Shown here piece after piece: positions 38,283 to 49,138 of a DNA stretch of 64,000 bases. Every line of letters begins with the position of its first letter. Position 1 is the stretch's first letter. Location of the stretch: positions 124,001 to 188,000 of the IMG/VR virus record IMGVR_UViG_3300031251_000001; one strand, written 5' to 3'. The position numbers and the translations under genes are program-made. The notes beneath the pieces were generated by a model. It was not told where the DNA came from. It made no database searches and was given only the letters and a program-made list of their open reading frames with translations.

Positions 38283-38847
38283 GGTGTCCTTCGGTTCGTA
38301 GTTGATTGACGATTTCGATCAGCTCTCGATTGGTGACCTCGGCTTCCGGATCCACCTCGACTCTCTGCCTGAGCGTGAGGATGAAGTCCGCCATCATCTC
38401 CAGCTCCCAACGATGGCTGTACTGGGGACCGAGCTTCTTGAGCCTTTGGATCGCCCGCAAGTAAAGCAGGATGGACATGCGCGGCGTAACACCCTTGCGT
38501 CGACTGAGCAGGTACTCACGGGTCGAAGCCATGATCTCGCGGACCTTCTCGACTGGCACCGTAGTCACCAGTTCCAGTCGAACAGGGTGGACGATCCAGC
38601 GTTCGCCGGTGATGATGGCGTCCCAGGTGCCCTTGGGTTTGACAGCCCGGCACGGCTGGGCGGTACGGTAGCAGTAGGTGTGGTGCCAGAAGAACCTGGC
38701 GGCGAAGCAGGCAGCGACGGATGGGCCGACGCACAGGCGGGGCGTGGTCGGCTCGATGTGGCCTTTGTTGGGTGGCGTGAGCAGCTTCGAGGTGAACGAT
38801 GGTCCGTGGTTCACCTCGGTGCAGTGCCACCAGTGTCTGGGTTTCAT
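38269..38847 (-). CDS. hypothetical protein, possible ADP-ribosyltransferase-like fold
   Basis: WWHCT...EPTTPRLCVGPSVAACFAA...WDAIITGERW resembles H-x-T/S...E patterns of phage ART-like proteins (weak). Confidence 0.4.
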   Translation of the reverse strand: MKPRHWWHCTEVNHGPSFTSKLLTPPNKGHIEPTTPRLCVGPSVAACFAARFFWHHTYCYRTAQPCRAVKPKGTWDAIITGERWIVHPVRLELVTTVPVEKVREIMASTREYLLSRRKGVTPRMSILLYLRAIQRLKKLGPQYSHRWELEMMADFILTLRQRVEVDPEAEVTNRELIEIVNQLRTEGHHVSM

Positions 38848-40256
38848 GGCTTGCCCATCTGATCCATCACGGTTTCGACTGTCTCACGCAAGGCGGAGAT
38901 GATGAAGCTGGCGTTACCGTGAGCAAACAGCTTCCGCTTGTGGGCGGCACGAGCGAAGGCCAGGAGAGTGGCCTCGAAGATGTCCAGGCCGGCGTTGAAC
39001 TGATCGACCTCCGCCTGGTTTTGCCGATGCTCATGAAGAGCGATCGGGTCAGCTGTCGTCCGCTGGAAGTTGGTCTGGATCTCCCCCGTGCTGTCCTCAT
39101 TCAGGTTGAAGATCACCTTGTGCGTGCCCGTCTCCAGCACGATTGTCCTGATCAGTTGCTTCAGTTGTTCCGTCTTCATCGGTGTCCTCGCAGGTACGGT
39201 AGTCCAGGGCGGTGATATTTTCCAGGCCACACTCGCCACACTCAGAATCGCAAGCCGACTCGTAGATCTCCTGCCACTCGTACCCACAGCGTGGGCAGCA
39301 GTAGTCGATCTCGTAGAGCGGCTCGCGACTGGCCTGGCGTGCCCGCATGACGCTAAGCTCCGCCATCTTCTTCCTCCTCCTCTTCTTCCTCTTCTTCCTC
39401 GATAGGTTCGTAATGATCGGGCTCATTGAGTGTCTCGACGGAGATGGTCTCGACCCACTGATCGTTCTCGGTCTCCTCCTTCTCGTCATAGGAGACCTCG
39501 CCGGCCCGGCACAGCCGTTCCGCTTCTTCAGCGGTCTCGGCCTGAACCGTGTAAGACGTCTTGTAACCGAAGAGCTCGTAAGCCTCGACGATGAACGTCT
39601 TCTTATTGTCGGGCTTCACCTTCACTTTGCTTGGCATGGTTGTTCTCCGGTAGTTTCTTTGGCTCGCGATTAGCGAGGATGGTTTCAAGGACTTCGAGAC
39701 GTTGTTTGACAAGGACTAGCTCGGCGAGCAACAGCTTGATCGTTGCGGCTGATAATTCCTTATGCTCAAAAAGAGTTACCGGGTCTTTAAGCAGATTCTC
39801 CAGGTGCTCGTTGGGAAGGATGGCAGCATAGTCAGGATCAGCTTTGAGCTTCTCTGCCGCCTCCTGTGCACCCTGGAGGATACTAGTGGCCAGCTGATCA
39901 GCGGTAGATGGCCGCTTATAAGGAGTGAACCCAGCATTGATCTGATCGATATGACTTGAGTGTTCCTTGTACAGATCAAGAAAGCGTTGCAGCGTCATCA
40001 TGGCTCCAAAACGAAAACACCCCTCCACGAGGAGGGGTGAGGGACTCGGGGTGAGGGTAGATTACTTGGCAGTCGTGGTGGCCGCAACGGTGGGTTTGCC
40101 GTGCACCGGGTCACCGACCGCCATCTTCTTGATCGCGATCACGCCGACCACGACCATCAGACAGATGAGACCGCCACCCACGAAGAACTTGTTCATTGAG
40201 CTCTTCGTCGCCGGATCCATCGGGATACTGTTATCCTGCTGCATGTCACTCTCCAC
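38844..40256 (-). other. small hypothetical genes 38844..39179, 39097..39366 (CxxC zinc ribbon), 39353..39637 (poly-Glu tail), 39603..40001, 40062..40256 (membrane)
   Basis: consecutive overlapping minus-strand ORFs. Confidence 0.6.
40008..40039 (-). terminator. Rho-independent terminator
   Basis: CACCCCTCC-tcgt-GGAGGGGTG followed by TTTTCGTTTT. Confidence 0.75.
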
Positions 40257-40283
40257 TGGGTTAGATAACTCCAGTGTAGCACT

Positions 40284-41162
40284 TCAGTCGAGCAAGTTGA
40301 CCTGAGTCAGCATGGTACGCAGGACTTCTTCACTGAGGTCACCAAACCCGGTCATGCGACTTAATGCTCGCAGGCCAGCCGCCCTGGCCAGCAGCGTCTC
40401 AGCGTGTTTCTCGCAGCCCTCAGCTGCAGAAATGATCAACTGGCCCAACGGAATCCGTTTGGCTTCGGCCGGGAGGGAAGCGTTCATCTTCTCCTGGGCG
40501 TTCGCCTGCAGCTTACTGATCTCCTCGGCTTCCTCAGCCATTGACTGTTGCTGCTCTTCCCAGGTCATCGGCGTCGACGGCTCGCTCAGCACGACAGGTC
40601 GCGTACCACACCAGTCGACTTCCTTGCTGCTGCCGTCGGTTTCAGGACGAGGGTTGTTGCCGTAGATGTGTGCCAGCACTGGAGTGAGTTGGCAGTCACT
40701 GGCAATGTCGACAATATACCAGTGCTTGTCGGCCAGATCAAACTCCGTGAACTTGCCTTGAGTGATGGGCCGATTGGTAGTCCAACGAACCATCTGTACA
40801 GCGAGTGGTCGATGGATGTCGATCCTGTGGTAGGGCAGGTACTGAAGAGCCTTGTTCAGCATCTCGCGGGTGAGGATGATCTCCAACTCAGCTTTGGTGG
40901 GATCAGGTGCAATCTCGTGCAACGAATACTTGGCCTTGGGGCAGTATTCGCAGTGCTCTGGAACATCAGTCACGTAGATCGACTTCTTGAGGAACTCAAA
41001 CCGAGGCGGTGTGGCAGAGATATCGATTTCTCTACCGATCCACAGCATGTTGTAAAGCACCCTGGCTATGGGAGGACACACCATGACGGCGGGGCCAGAA
41101 AAACTATTGATGATGAGCTTGGCTTCTCTGGTCGTGATGGATGGTAGATCAGTGCCTGGCAT
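40284..41162 (-). CDS. hypothetical protein
   Basis: 292-aa ORF; CEYC motif; coiled-coil C-terminus. Confidence 0.7.
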   Translation of the reverse strand: MPGTDLPSITTREAKLIINSFSGPAVMVCPPIARVLYNMLWIGREIDISATPPRFEFLKKSIYVTDVPEHCEYCPKAKYSLHEIAPDPTKAELEIILTREMLNKALQYLPYHRIDIHRPLAVQMVRWTTNRPITQGKFTEFDLADKHWYIVDIASDCQLTPVLAHIYGNNPRPETDGSSKEVDWCGTRPVVLSEPSTPMTWEEQQQSMAEEAEEISKLQANAQEKMNASLPAEAKRIPLGQLIISAAEGCEKHAETLLARAAGLRALSRMTGFGDLSEEVLRTMLTQVNLLD

Positions 41163-41184
41163 GTTGGATTCCTTGAAAGAGGGG

Positions 41185-41218
41185 AAAACGAAAGACCCCA
41201 CGATGCAGGCCGTGGGGT
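41185..41218 (-). terminator. Rho-independent terminator abutting palindrome copy 5
   Basis: GACCCCACG-loop-CGTGGGGTC followed by TTTCGTTTT. Confidence 0.7.
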
Positions 41219-41234
41219 CAAAATACGTATTTTG
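41219..41234. promoter_or_regulatory. dispersed 16-bp palindrome, copy 5
   Basis: exact match; intergenic, 11 nt after the stop at 41246. Confidence 0.9.
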
Positions 41235-41524
41235 GATTCAGCGTGTCACTTAGGCTTGCCTGTTTGCGTACGAAAGAGGAAGCCGTCGTCCATTGAGACA
41301 GCGTCCGGGTATTCGTAGTCAAGGTTGGGCCAGTAGGTGACCGCCCAGCAGCGAAGCGACTTGTCACGGTAGATGCAATACTGCGGGAAGTCCTCATCGG
41401 CCATCTGGATAGAAAAGCCGATGTGGTCCGGACTGTCCTTGAACCATGTCAGGCGAAGCTGCGGTCGGGACAGCAAGAAGAGCAGCAAGGCAAAGACCAA
41501 GGCTTGGCGGATGATGATCATTGG

Positions 41525-42025
41525 TTACCTGCAGAACAGGTGCATGTACCGGCGACCGTCCGATCCCATCACCCACGCAGCTCCGCAGTAGGTGTAGTTA
41601 TCGTACGTGCAGCACGCACCCCAACCCCAATCTGGTGTCCAGGCAGCACAACCACCGGTGGTGGCGTGAGCATCAGGAGGGAGATAAGCGAAGTCACCAT
41701 GCTGACCGCCACAATGTCCAGCGTTGTGGGACTGTGCCCGTACTCGAGCGCACGCCAAGGCACCCTGGGCGAGAAGCGGATCGTTGATATATGGCTTCAG
41801 CCCACGCTGTGCTCGGGTGGCGTTCACCTCGGCCAGGGCATCGGCACATTCGGCTGCTGATCCGTTGTAGGGAACCGGGGCTGACGGGATACCGCCACCA
41901 CTGCTTCCACCACTGACTGGCTGCCAACCACCGGAGTTACGGACACGACGACCGCTGGCGTCCAGGCCACCAACCAGCACCAACGCGACCAACAGACTTA
42001 AAGCGATTCTCATCACTGACTCCAA
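41525..42025 (-). CDS. secreted CAP-domain-like protein
   Basis: signal peptide; ALAEVNATRAQRGLKPY..DPLLAQGA; Cys/Trp-rich C-terminus. Confidence 0.7.
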   Translation of the reverse strand: MESVMRIALSLLVALVLVGGLDASGRRVRNSGGWQPVSGGSSGGGIPSAPVPYNGSAAECADALAEVNATRAQRGLKPYINDPLLAQGALACARVRAQSHNAGHCGGQHGDFAYLPPDAHATTGGCAAWTPDWGWGACCTYDNYTYCGAAWVMGSDGRRYMHLFCR

Positions 42026-42060
42026 CAGGACACGGGACGGGTTTTAAGCGAGGCGGGATG

Positions 42061-43960
42061 TTACTTGCCCTGATCTACGGCGTCAACCGAGATCGGGCTG
42101 TCCGGGGCCAAGGCGGCAGCCGCTTGGCCATCCGCGATGCCTTTCTTTCTGACGTTATCGACCATGTGGGCGAAAGGGCTGCTACTTTCAGCTCTGGGCT
42201 TAATCTTAGCTTCATCAGCCCATTTTGACATTTCAGCCGCGAACGTACTTTTCATGCCCCACCCTGCATCAAACATCCGCATATCTTCCATCATCCGACA
42301 GAAGCTCCGACGCGAGTCGTAGGCAATGGCTTCCGGCATTTTGAGAAGAGACTTGCACTGGCAGCACTGATAGATCTCACAGAGGAACATCGTCGGTACG
42401 GCGACCAGGGTCTCGATCTTCTCGCACTTACTGCAGGCGTAAGTGAAGAGCAACGTATAGGCTGGATGCGACTTCAGCTTTGACAGCTGGTAGGCAATGC
42501 TGATCGGCTTATGAAGCTCCCAGTCGAGCAGCTGAGCCAGCTTGCCATTCACCAGGAACTTCGCCCTGGGATCGAGCGATCCTTTTGTCATGGCAGCGTG
42601 CGCGGCTTCCCAGTCACGGTAGCCACTGTTGCCGTACCCAGCGTAACGTGCAGCGTCCTCTGCCCGATGAAAGACTTCCATGTTGGGTTTATGCTCTTTC
42701 TTGATCGCTGCCTCGGCGACACTTTCTGTACCTTGCATTGCCCACGACCAGGTACCGAACGGGTCATGGAACTTGTACCTGGGGGATTCCAACTTCCGTG
42801 TCGCGAGACCATGAGCGACTGGATGGTAGCTCTTGAGCCTCTTCATCGCGTCGATACGTTCCGACACGCTGAGACAAAGAACGAGGTTGGTGATGGCGTC
42901 AACCCACCTATCGAACTCTGCGGGGTTGGAAGGGACAGCACCAAAGTAAGCGGCATCCGGGTCGACCGCTTTGAAGAACTCTGATTCACGGATCTTCGAT
43001 CGGATGAGCTCCGTCTTGCCACACTGCCTGGCCTGGTGACGGATTGTTTGCTCGATGCACTTGTTAGCAGCGAACGGTACCGAGGGAGGTTCGAGGAACT
43101 CTTTCTCTATCTTCTTCGCGAGTTTGTCGCTTGCTTCGTCAATGACAGCACGCAACTCCTGAGAGTCCTTGATCTCTTCGTCGACGATCACCACGTCGGC
43201 TTTGAGCCCGCTCTCCGGCATCTTAATAGGCCAGAAGGCAATCTTCTTTGGCCTATCGAACATGATCATCGTCTGCACGCCAACGATCTTGTCGGGTGCG
43301 CTGGGCATGATGTCATCGTTGCTGGCGAGGATGACTGGCTCAGGCATATCATCCGCCTGGCTGATGATTGGGTCGTTGTTCGACATCGTCTTCCTTTCTT
43401 ACGCCGGCAACACAGCCGTGCGTGTCTTTGGTATAAAGCGCGGCCATGAAGCCAGAACCATCCACTGCGGCCATCGGGCCTTCAAAGCCCGATGCGATGC
43501 TGTATGTATTAGTCACGTGTCTTGCCTTCAGGCATCGACCCACGCTGAGATCGACAGGATCCCATGCGTCAGTGCCCGCTTGAGCGTTGCCGGCAGTCTC
43601 GGCGTACTCTTTCACCGGTGACTGGTCCCAGAACTTGCACTCAACACAGTGAACGATATCGAGTGGTGGCAACCGACCTGTGCGACCAGGTAGCCTGCCC
43701 TGAGTAATCTGCGTCTGCCAGCCCAACGACTGTAACTTACTATGGACAAACGTCAGGATGTCGACGTTCGTGACCTCGATGGCCTTCTTCCACTCGTTGG
43801 CCACGTCCAGCATATCGCGGGTGAGCTGCCGATCGGAGTCAGCACGCTGGGCCTTGATGTGATAGTTGGGCGTACGATCCTGGATTTGTTCCAGCTTACT
43901 ACCCAGGAAGAACTCTACGTGCTGAATAGTCATGCGTCTCTCCTGGGCTGAGGATAGCAC
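42061..43960 (-). other. hypothetical genes 42061..43386 (441 aa, Cys cluster) and 43349..43960
   Basis: long minus-strand ORFs without a recognisable family. Confidence 0.65.
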
Positions 43961-43969
43961 CCCAGAATG

Positions 43970-43997
43970 AAAAAGGCCACCCCGAAGGATGGCTTGG
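43970..43997 (-). terminator. Rho-independent terminator
   Basis: GCCATCC-TTCG-GGTGGC followed by TTTTT, just after the stop of 44002..46224. Confidence 0.7.
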
Positions 43998-44001
43998 TGA
44001 G

Positions 44002-46224
44002 TTAGGGTGTCGCCCCTGGCGGGTTACTCCACCAGTCGGGACGCAGGACGTTTTGCCTGCCCGTCATTGAATTGAAGATGATGTTCTTACCAGGCAGCTT
44101 CACCGACTGGCCCGGCACCGTAATCACCTGGGCCGGCACGGTCACTGTCACCGGCGTGGTGGGGAGGGTTGAAGACCCGGCCGGGATAGCAGTAGCGGTC
44201 GGCACGTTCACCACGATCGACTGAGCCGGGATCGTCACCTTGGTGTCGAGCACCGGGGCGTTATAGGTGGAGACGACCAGCTTGTAACCGGGAAAGGGCT
44301 GGTTCCAGAACGACGGGTCCATCGGCCAGTGGTACAAGGTAAGCCACTGCGTCTTGGACTGGGCCAGGGTCGGCTCATAGAGAGCGACCTGTTCCGAGAG
44401 CGGTGTATCATCGAAGCGAAGATCGACACAGTTATACTGCGGACTGACGACCAGGATATTGCCAGCCGGCTGACCCTGGGTGTTAGTGCCGTGGAACTGC
44501 ATCTTGTGCGTCAGCTGCGATTCCATGATGCGGGCCAAGTTGGGAGCAGTGCCCCAGCAATTGAGCTTACCCTTGTAGAGTGCAACCTGCACCCGACTGT
44601 CCGAGGAAGCGTCAACGAAGTGCTTGAAGCCTTGATCACACCAGATCCCGGTGACGTCGATGTTCATGTCGCTGATCGTCCGGAAGATCACCCCGGAGAC
44701 CGAGTCGACGTAGAAGCCATTGGACCAAGTCACGATGTTGCCGGTGTTGACGTAGACCGCTGAGCTGCGACGATCATTGGTGGCTGAGCCGAATGCCCAG
44801 CAGCGGTCGAACTGGATGTCAGCGGTCTGGTTACCTTCGAGCCAGATGCCGATGTCACCAAAGAAAGAGCAGTTGGTGTAGCGCTGCTCGGAAGCGGTGT
44901 GTCCGCCCGAGGAGGTGGAACACTTATCCCAGATCACCATACCAGCGGTACGGCCGACCGGAGTAGCCACACACGAGAAGCTGCAGTTGTTGAACTGGTT
45001 ACTGAAGCCCTGCCCGCCGCTGAAGTCCGAGTAGGCTAGGCCGGCACTGGCGCCGTGGACACCCTGGACCTGGACACCCTCCCACAGTGACGCCTGGTTC
45101 TGCACCACGATCATCGGCCAGTAGGTCTCGCCGGACAGGCTCATCTGTTGAACGAGATACCAGTGACCGTTGTCGGCGGCGGCGATGCGACGACCACTCT
45201 TGCTGTTGCCGCCGCCGTACTCATCGATCACCGGGCAGTAGCAATAGTAAGTAGAACCTGCCGGGACGATGATGCTGCCGTTAGCGTTCATGAGCTGCAT
45301 CTGCAGATCATTCAACCGACTCGAAGGAGTAGCCACAGGATTCGGTTGAACCACCGTTGAAGCCAGGTGACTGAGCATCGGTTGTTCATCGTGCCACTGG
45401 AAGAGCCAATCATCAGCGATCTTCGGATCGCCAAGACAGTGCGGGGCCGGCACGCGTTGCCACGGATCAGTGGGTTGAAACCTAACATAGACGTGGTATC
45501 CGAGAGTTCCTTGGGGGTGTTGTTCGGCCATACCAAGCAAGACGCGCATGACATCAACGGGCGTGCCGAAGTTAGGAGCAGTAAGACTGGTCGGCGGTGA
45601 TAAAGCCGTCTCACCCGACTCAGTAACACGACACCAGCATACATCGAAATTGGCACAGGGGAAGGCGTCAGGGGAGACCACAGGAGGTGGAGCAACAGCA
45701 GTATTGCGACCACCAAACCGGAGACCCTTCACGTCCAGCGACCAGAGAACGATGAGAGGTTGAATGGTTGCCGAGTCACCGGAGTACGGCGAGATCGACA
45801 CCACTGGCTGATGGTTGGTCGAATAATAATGCTCACTACCATTGGTGAAGTCGAGCGTCTCGGTGACGTTGATGCACTTCACCTTCCAGAGCAAACCACA
45901 ATCATCGGTGGTGGTAGGCTGGTTGGAGCTGTCGACCCAGAACCTGCCGCCGAGCTTGGTGGTGACAGTGGCCGGCTGCGAGAACGTCCCGACTTTGCGG
46001 GAACGATCTACGATGGCATTGCTGATCTCGTAGGTGCCGGCGGGTTGACCCGATGCGGGGTTATTCCAGCCGGCGTAGCTGGAATAACTTTGGATGAAGA
46101 GAGCGTTGGTGGGAGCCGTCACCGGCGACCAGGTAAACCCTGGGGTGACGGGGAGAACAATGGGGTCCTGACTGGGAGCCAGGAAACACAATAACCCCAG
46201 CAGCAGAATACCGGACGTGCGCAT
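44002..46224 (-). CDS. large secreted/virion protein with probable parallel beta-helix (pectate-lyase-like) region
   Basis: signal-like N-terminus; repeating short beta motifs (FNNCSF, YTNCSFFG, FDRCW); GGAGG RBS. Confidence 0.6.
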   Translation of the reverse strand: MRTSGILLLGLLCFLAPSQDPIVLPVTPGFTWSPVTAPTNALFIQSYSSYAGWNNPASGQPAGTYEISNAIVDRSRKVGTFSQPATVTTKLGGRFWVDSSNQPTTTDDCGLLWKVKCINVTETLDFTNGSEHYYSTNHQPVVSISPYSGDSATIQPLIVLWSLDVKGLRFGGRNTAVAPPPVVSPDAFPCANFDVCWCRVTESGETALSPPTSLTAPNFGTPVDVMRVLLGMAEQHPQGTLGYHVYVRFQPTDPWQRVPAPHCLGDPKIADDWLFQWHDEQPMLSHLASTVVQPNPVATPSSRLNDLQMQLMNANGSIIVPAGSTYYCYCPVIDEYGGGNSKSGRRIAAADNGHWYLVQQMSLSGETYWPMIVVQNQASLWEGVQVQGVHGASAGLAYSDFSGGQGFSNQFNNCSFSCVATPVGRTAGMVIWDKCSTSSGGHTASEQRYTNCSFFGDIGIWLEGNQTADIQFDRCWAFGSATNDRRSSAVYVNTGNIVTWSNGFYVDSVSGVIFRTISDMNIDVTGIWCDQGFKHFVDASSDSRVQVALYKGKLNCWGTAPNLARIMESQLTHKMQFHGTNTQGQPAGNILVVSPQYNCVDLRFDDTPLSEQVALYEPTLAQSKTQWLTLYHWPMDPSFWNQPFPGYKLVVSTYNAPVLDTKVTIPAQSIVVNVPTATAIPAGSSTLPTTPVTVTVPAQVITVPGQSVKLPGKNIIFNSMTGRQNVLRPDWWSNPPGATP

Positions 46225-46272
46225 AAACAGACCTCCATGTTTTGGGAACACAGAGGTCATTCTAGCATGGGA

Positions 46273-47328
46273 TTAGGTAGTGGGGTTGGAGTCGAGATAC
46301 TTGAGCCAGATCCTCACCCCTTCAGCACAATACTCTTCCAGGGCTTCGCGGCCCTCGATGCCGGCGTTGAAATCATTGAGGACGTAGCAGCCTTTGCGGG
46401 CCGCTTCCTCAGCGTCGTCAATCGGGCACTGCCACGACTTCGGAGCCCAATCGATGCAATCGCCCACGACACAGGGGACCTGGGCCGCGGCGGCATCAGC
46501 CGTGGTGATGTTGAAGGTTTCGGTGGCGCTGAGCTGGATACAGAGATCCATCTCCTGCACCGTCTTGCGGAATGAGCCCCAGCGCTCCCAGGGGTTCTCG
46601 ACCAGGGCGGCATACTTGGAGCCACGGAACATGTTCCGCAGGCTGTGCAGCACTGCCTTGCCGTGTTCCTCGCGGTTGACTGAGACATAGAAGTTCACAT
46701 GACAGCCCAGGTTGCGGGCGATGAGCATCGCTGCAGCTGCGGCTGTCGTGTGGTTCTTCAGGAGTCGCAGAGCACCGAAGGAGGCGATGTCGATGCAGTC
46801 CCGATGATTAGGATGCTTGAACTTCTTGTGGGTGGCCCGGCAAGCGTCATAGAGATTGGGCAGGTACTTGCAGTGGCCGTCGTAGGCTGTCTGCAAGAAG
46901 TCATTGGCCCGCCGGCTGTTGGCGGACATCGTGAAGTTGAGTTCGTGATCCTGCATCTCCATGCCTTCGCGAATCAGGTTGATCGCTCCGGGTTCGACTT
47001 GGAGGAAGCCGATCTGCGAGTGGCAACGGACGACGAAGTGAACGTCCGGGTAGGCACGCACGATCATTTCCAGATCGTGCGTCTTGACCCAGGGTGCTTC
47101 GATGATGCAGTGCGTGCAGCCGGGGTTCTGAGCCAGTACGACGTTGATGTCCTGGTGCTTACGGACGCCATGAGCTGAAGCCTTGACGCCATTCTTACGC
47201 AGCACCTTAACGGAGTGAAGGCTGTTGACCCCCAGACCGATGTGGCAGTAGTTCGGCCCGATGGCCATGAAATTGCGGTAGATGAAAATGACGTCGGCTC
47301 GTCGGTGGTGCGGACGATGGTAGTGCAT
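46273..47328 (-). CDS. glycosyltransferase, GT-B (GT4-like)
   Basis: MDLCIQLSATETFNITTADAAAAQVPCVV matches the GT4 D..v.pS..E.F....EA.a.g.PvV signature (second Glu is Asp here). Confidence 0.65.
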   Translation of the reverse strand: MHYHRPHHRRADVIFIYRNFMAIGPNYCHIGLGVNSLHSVKVLRKNGVKASAHGVRKHQDINVVLAQNPGCTHCIIEAPWVKTHDLEMIVRAYPDVHFVVRCHSQIGFLQVEPGAINLIREGMEMQDHELNFTMSANSRRANDFLQTAYDGHCKYLPNLYDACRATHKKFKHPNHRDCIDIASFGALRLLKNHTTAAAAAMLIARNLGCHVNFYVSVNREEHGKAVLHSLRNMFRGSKYAALVENPWERWGSFRKTVQEMDLCIQLSATETFNITTADAAAAQVPCVVGDCIDWAPKSWQCPIDDAEEAARKGCYVLNDFNAGIEGREALEEYCAEGVRIWLKYLDSNPTT

Positions 47329-47358
47329 GACCCATCCTTGGGACTACGAGTGAGGCGG

Positions 47359-48399
47359 TTAGATGCTCTGTAGCATAGCGTCGGTCTCAGGTGTCGTACA
47401 GAGCAAGTGACGTGAAGGTTGGATGACAAGCTGCGTCACCGCTCGGGTGTGCTCCACCTGTAATTCTGGGCCGATCTGGGCATCCCGCCACTCATCGCCG
47501 ATTCTCACAACTGGCACTAGATAAATGAAACGATCATTAGCCTTGCGACAGCGGTAGGCGACGAGGCCCACCGCGTGGCTTTGATCATGGCCGAGCAGCA
47601 CGATTTCATTCTGCCGCAAACGGCAGGCGATAGAGTTCACGCTTTAAGTACCTCCATGACGACAACATCCCCTTTGCGGAGATACCCACGGTCAGGTAGG
47701 CCCTTGAGGTGCAGAATGCCGTTCAGCATGTAAGTGCGGTTGATCACCGATTCAACGGACATCTCCCGGAGCGACGGAGAGAACATGAACGACCGCATCA
47801 AGAAGGTATGCCGCTCCTGGTTATAGTCGAGGATCTCGGCCGAGATGTAGTAGCTCATGAGTTCCACTGGTCTCCGTTTTCGGCCGCTGCCTTCAGCAAG
47901 CGGTCAACCGCATCGGGATAATCCTCGCAATGCTGGCTGAAACCGACACCGTTCTCGCAGGTAGAATAGTGCCAGCGCTTGTCACCCTCATAGGAGATGG
48001 CCCGGTACTCCTTGACGCTAATGTTAACTTGAGCCTTGGTGAACTCTATCTGAACGAGTCTGGTTTTCATGGCGATCAAGCACGCTCTTCTGTCTGCCTC
48101 GACCACTCTGACTTCCAGACCACCAACATCAATCGTCAGCGTTCGCATGTGTTCTCCTGGTGTGCAAAATACGTATTTTGGAATCAGACAGCGACAGGCT
48201 TGGCGTCAACGAGCTTGCCGTCGATCCAGGCGTAGTTGACAGGGTCAGCACTCTCAGTGACGCGACGATCAGTGACCAGCACCCAACGGCACTCCAGGTC
48301 CTTGCCGTAGGCCTCAGCCTCCTCACGAGTGGCTAACCGCACAGCGTTGCTGTTCCACTCTTTACTGCGATCAGCGATGACTTCGACTTTGAAACTCAT
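47359..48399 (-). other. small hypothetical genes 47359..47640, 47637..47867, 47855..48148, 48184..48399
   Basis: consecutive minus-strand ORFs with RBSs. Confidence 0.65.
48165..48180. promoter_or_regulatory. dispersed 16-bp palindrome, copy 6
   Basis: exact match; 3 nt after the TGA at 48184, before an AGGAG RBS. Confidence 0.9.
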
Positions 48400-48408
48400 G
48401 GGTGTTCC

Positions 48409-49137
48409 TTAAACTTGCCACCAGATACCGGTCCAGTCGATCTGGTGGATGGGGTTGCGGATGTTGCGGACCTCACGGAAGTTATCAACGGCTTGTCGGC
48501 AACCCGGCACGCAGCCGTAGTCATCGACGATCACGTAGCCGCCGGGGCTGACCTTCTCGTAGAGGGCCTTGAGGCACTGCCAGGTCGACTCGTAGAGATC
48601 ACCATCGAGACGAAGCACGGCCAGCTTCTCGATCGGACCTGGTAGCGTGTCCTTAAACCAGCCTGGCAGGAACTTGACGTTAGGATGCAGGAGGCCATAA
48701 CGGTTGAAGTTGGACATGACCTCTTCCCGCGAGACGGCCAGGAACTGCAGACTATGGTGGTTGTCGTTGAGATCGGCAGGGTAGAGCTCAGGGTTAGGCT
48801 TAGGGCAGCCCTGGAATGAGTCGACGACCCAGACATTGCGGACAGGCTGATACGGATGATCGCCGCTGTCCATTCGCTCCTCGACAACCGCTGCCATCAT
48901 GATGGCACAGCCGCCTTTCCAGACGCCGCATTCAGCAAAATCACCAGGAATGCTGCGAGCGTAGACATCCTGGCACAGACGAGTCAGGCTGCAAAGCCGT
49001 TCCGTGCCGACCATGGTCTCGGCATCCATCGGCCAGTCCCTACCGTGCCTGCGGTCCTGTAGCTTCCTGGGGTCGGTCAGGAACAACTCCCGCGTCAACA
49101 CTTTCTGCAGGAGATTCAAATAGCGGTTGTTGACCAT
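48409..49137 (-). CDS. TylF/MycF (macrocin O-methyltransferase) family protein
   Basis: IPGDFAECGVWKGG, VWVVDSFQGCP, GWFKDTLP, LAVLRLDGDLYEST, LYEKVSPGGYVIVDDYG, IDWTGIWW. Confidence 0.92.
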   Translation of the reverse strand: MVNNRYLNLLQKVLTRELFLTDPRKLQDRRHGRDWPMDAETMVGTERLCSLTRLCQDVYARSIPGDFAECGVWKGGCAIMMAAVVEERMDSGDHPYQPVRNVWVVDSFQGCPKPNPELYPADLNDNHHSLQFLAVSREEVMSNFNRYGLLHPNVKFLPGWFKDTLPGPIEKLAVLRLDGDLYESTWQCLKALYEKVSPGGYVIVDDYGCVPGCRQAVDNFREVRNIRNPIHQIDWTGIWWQV

Positions 49138-49138
49138 A

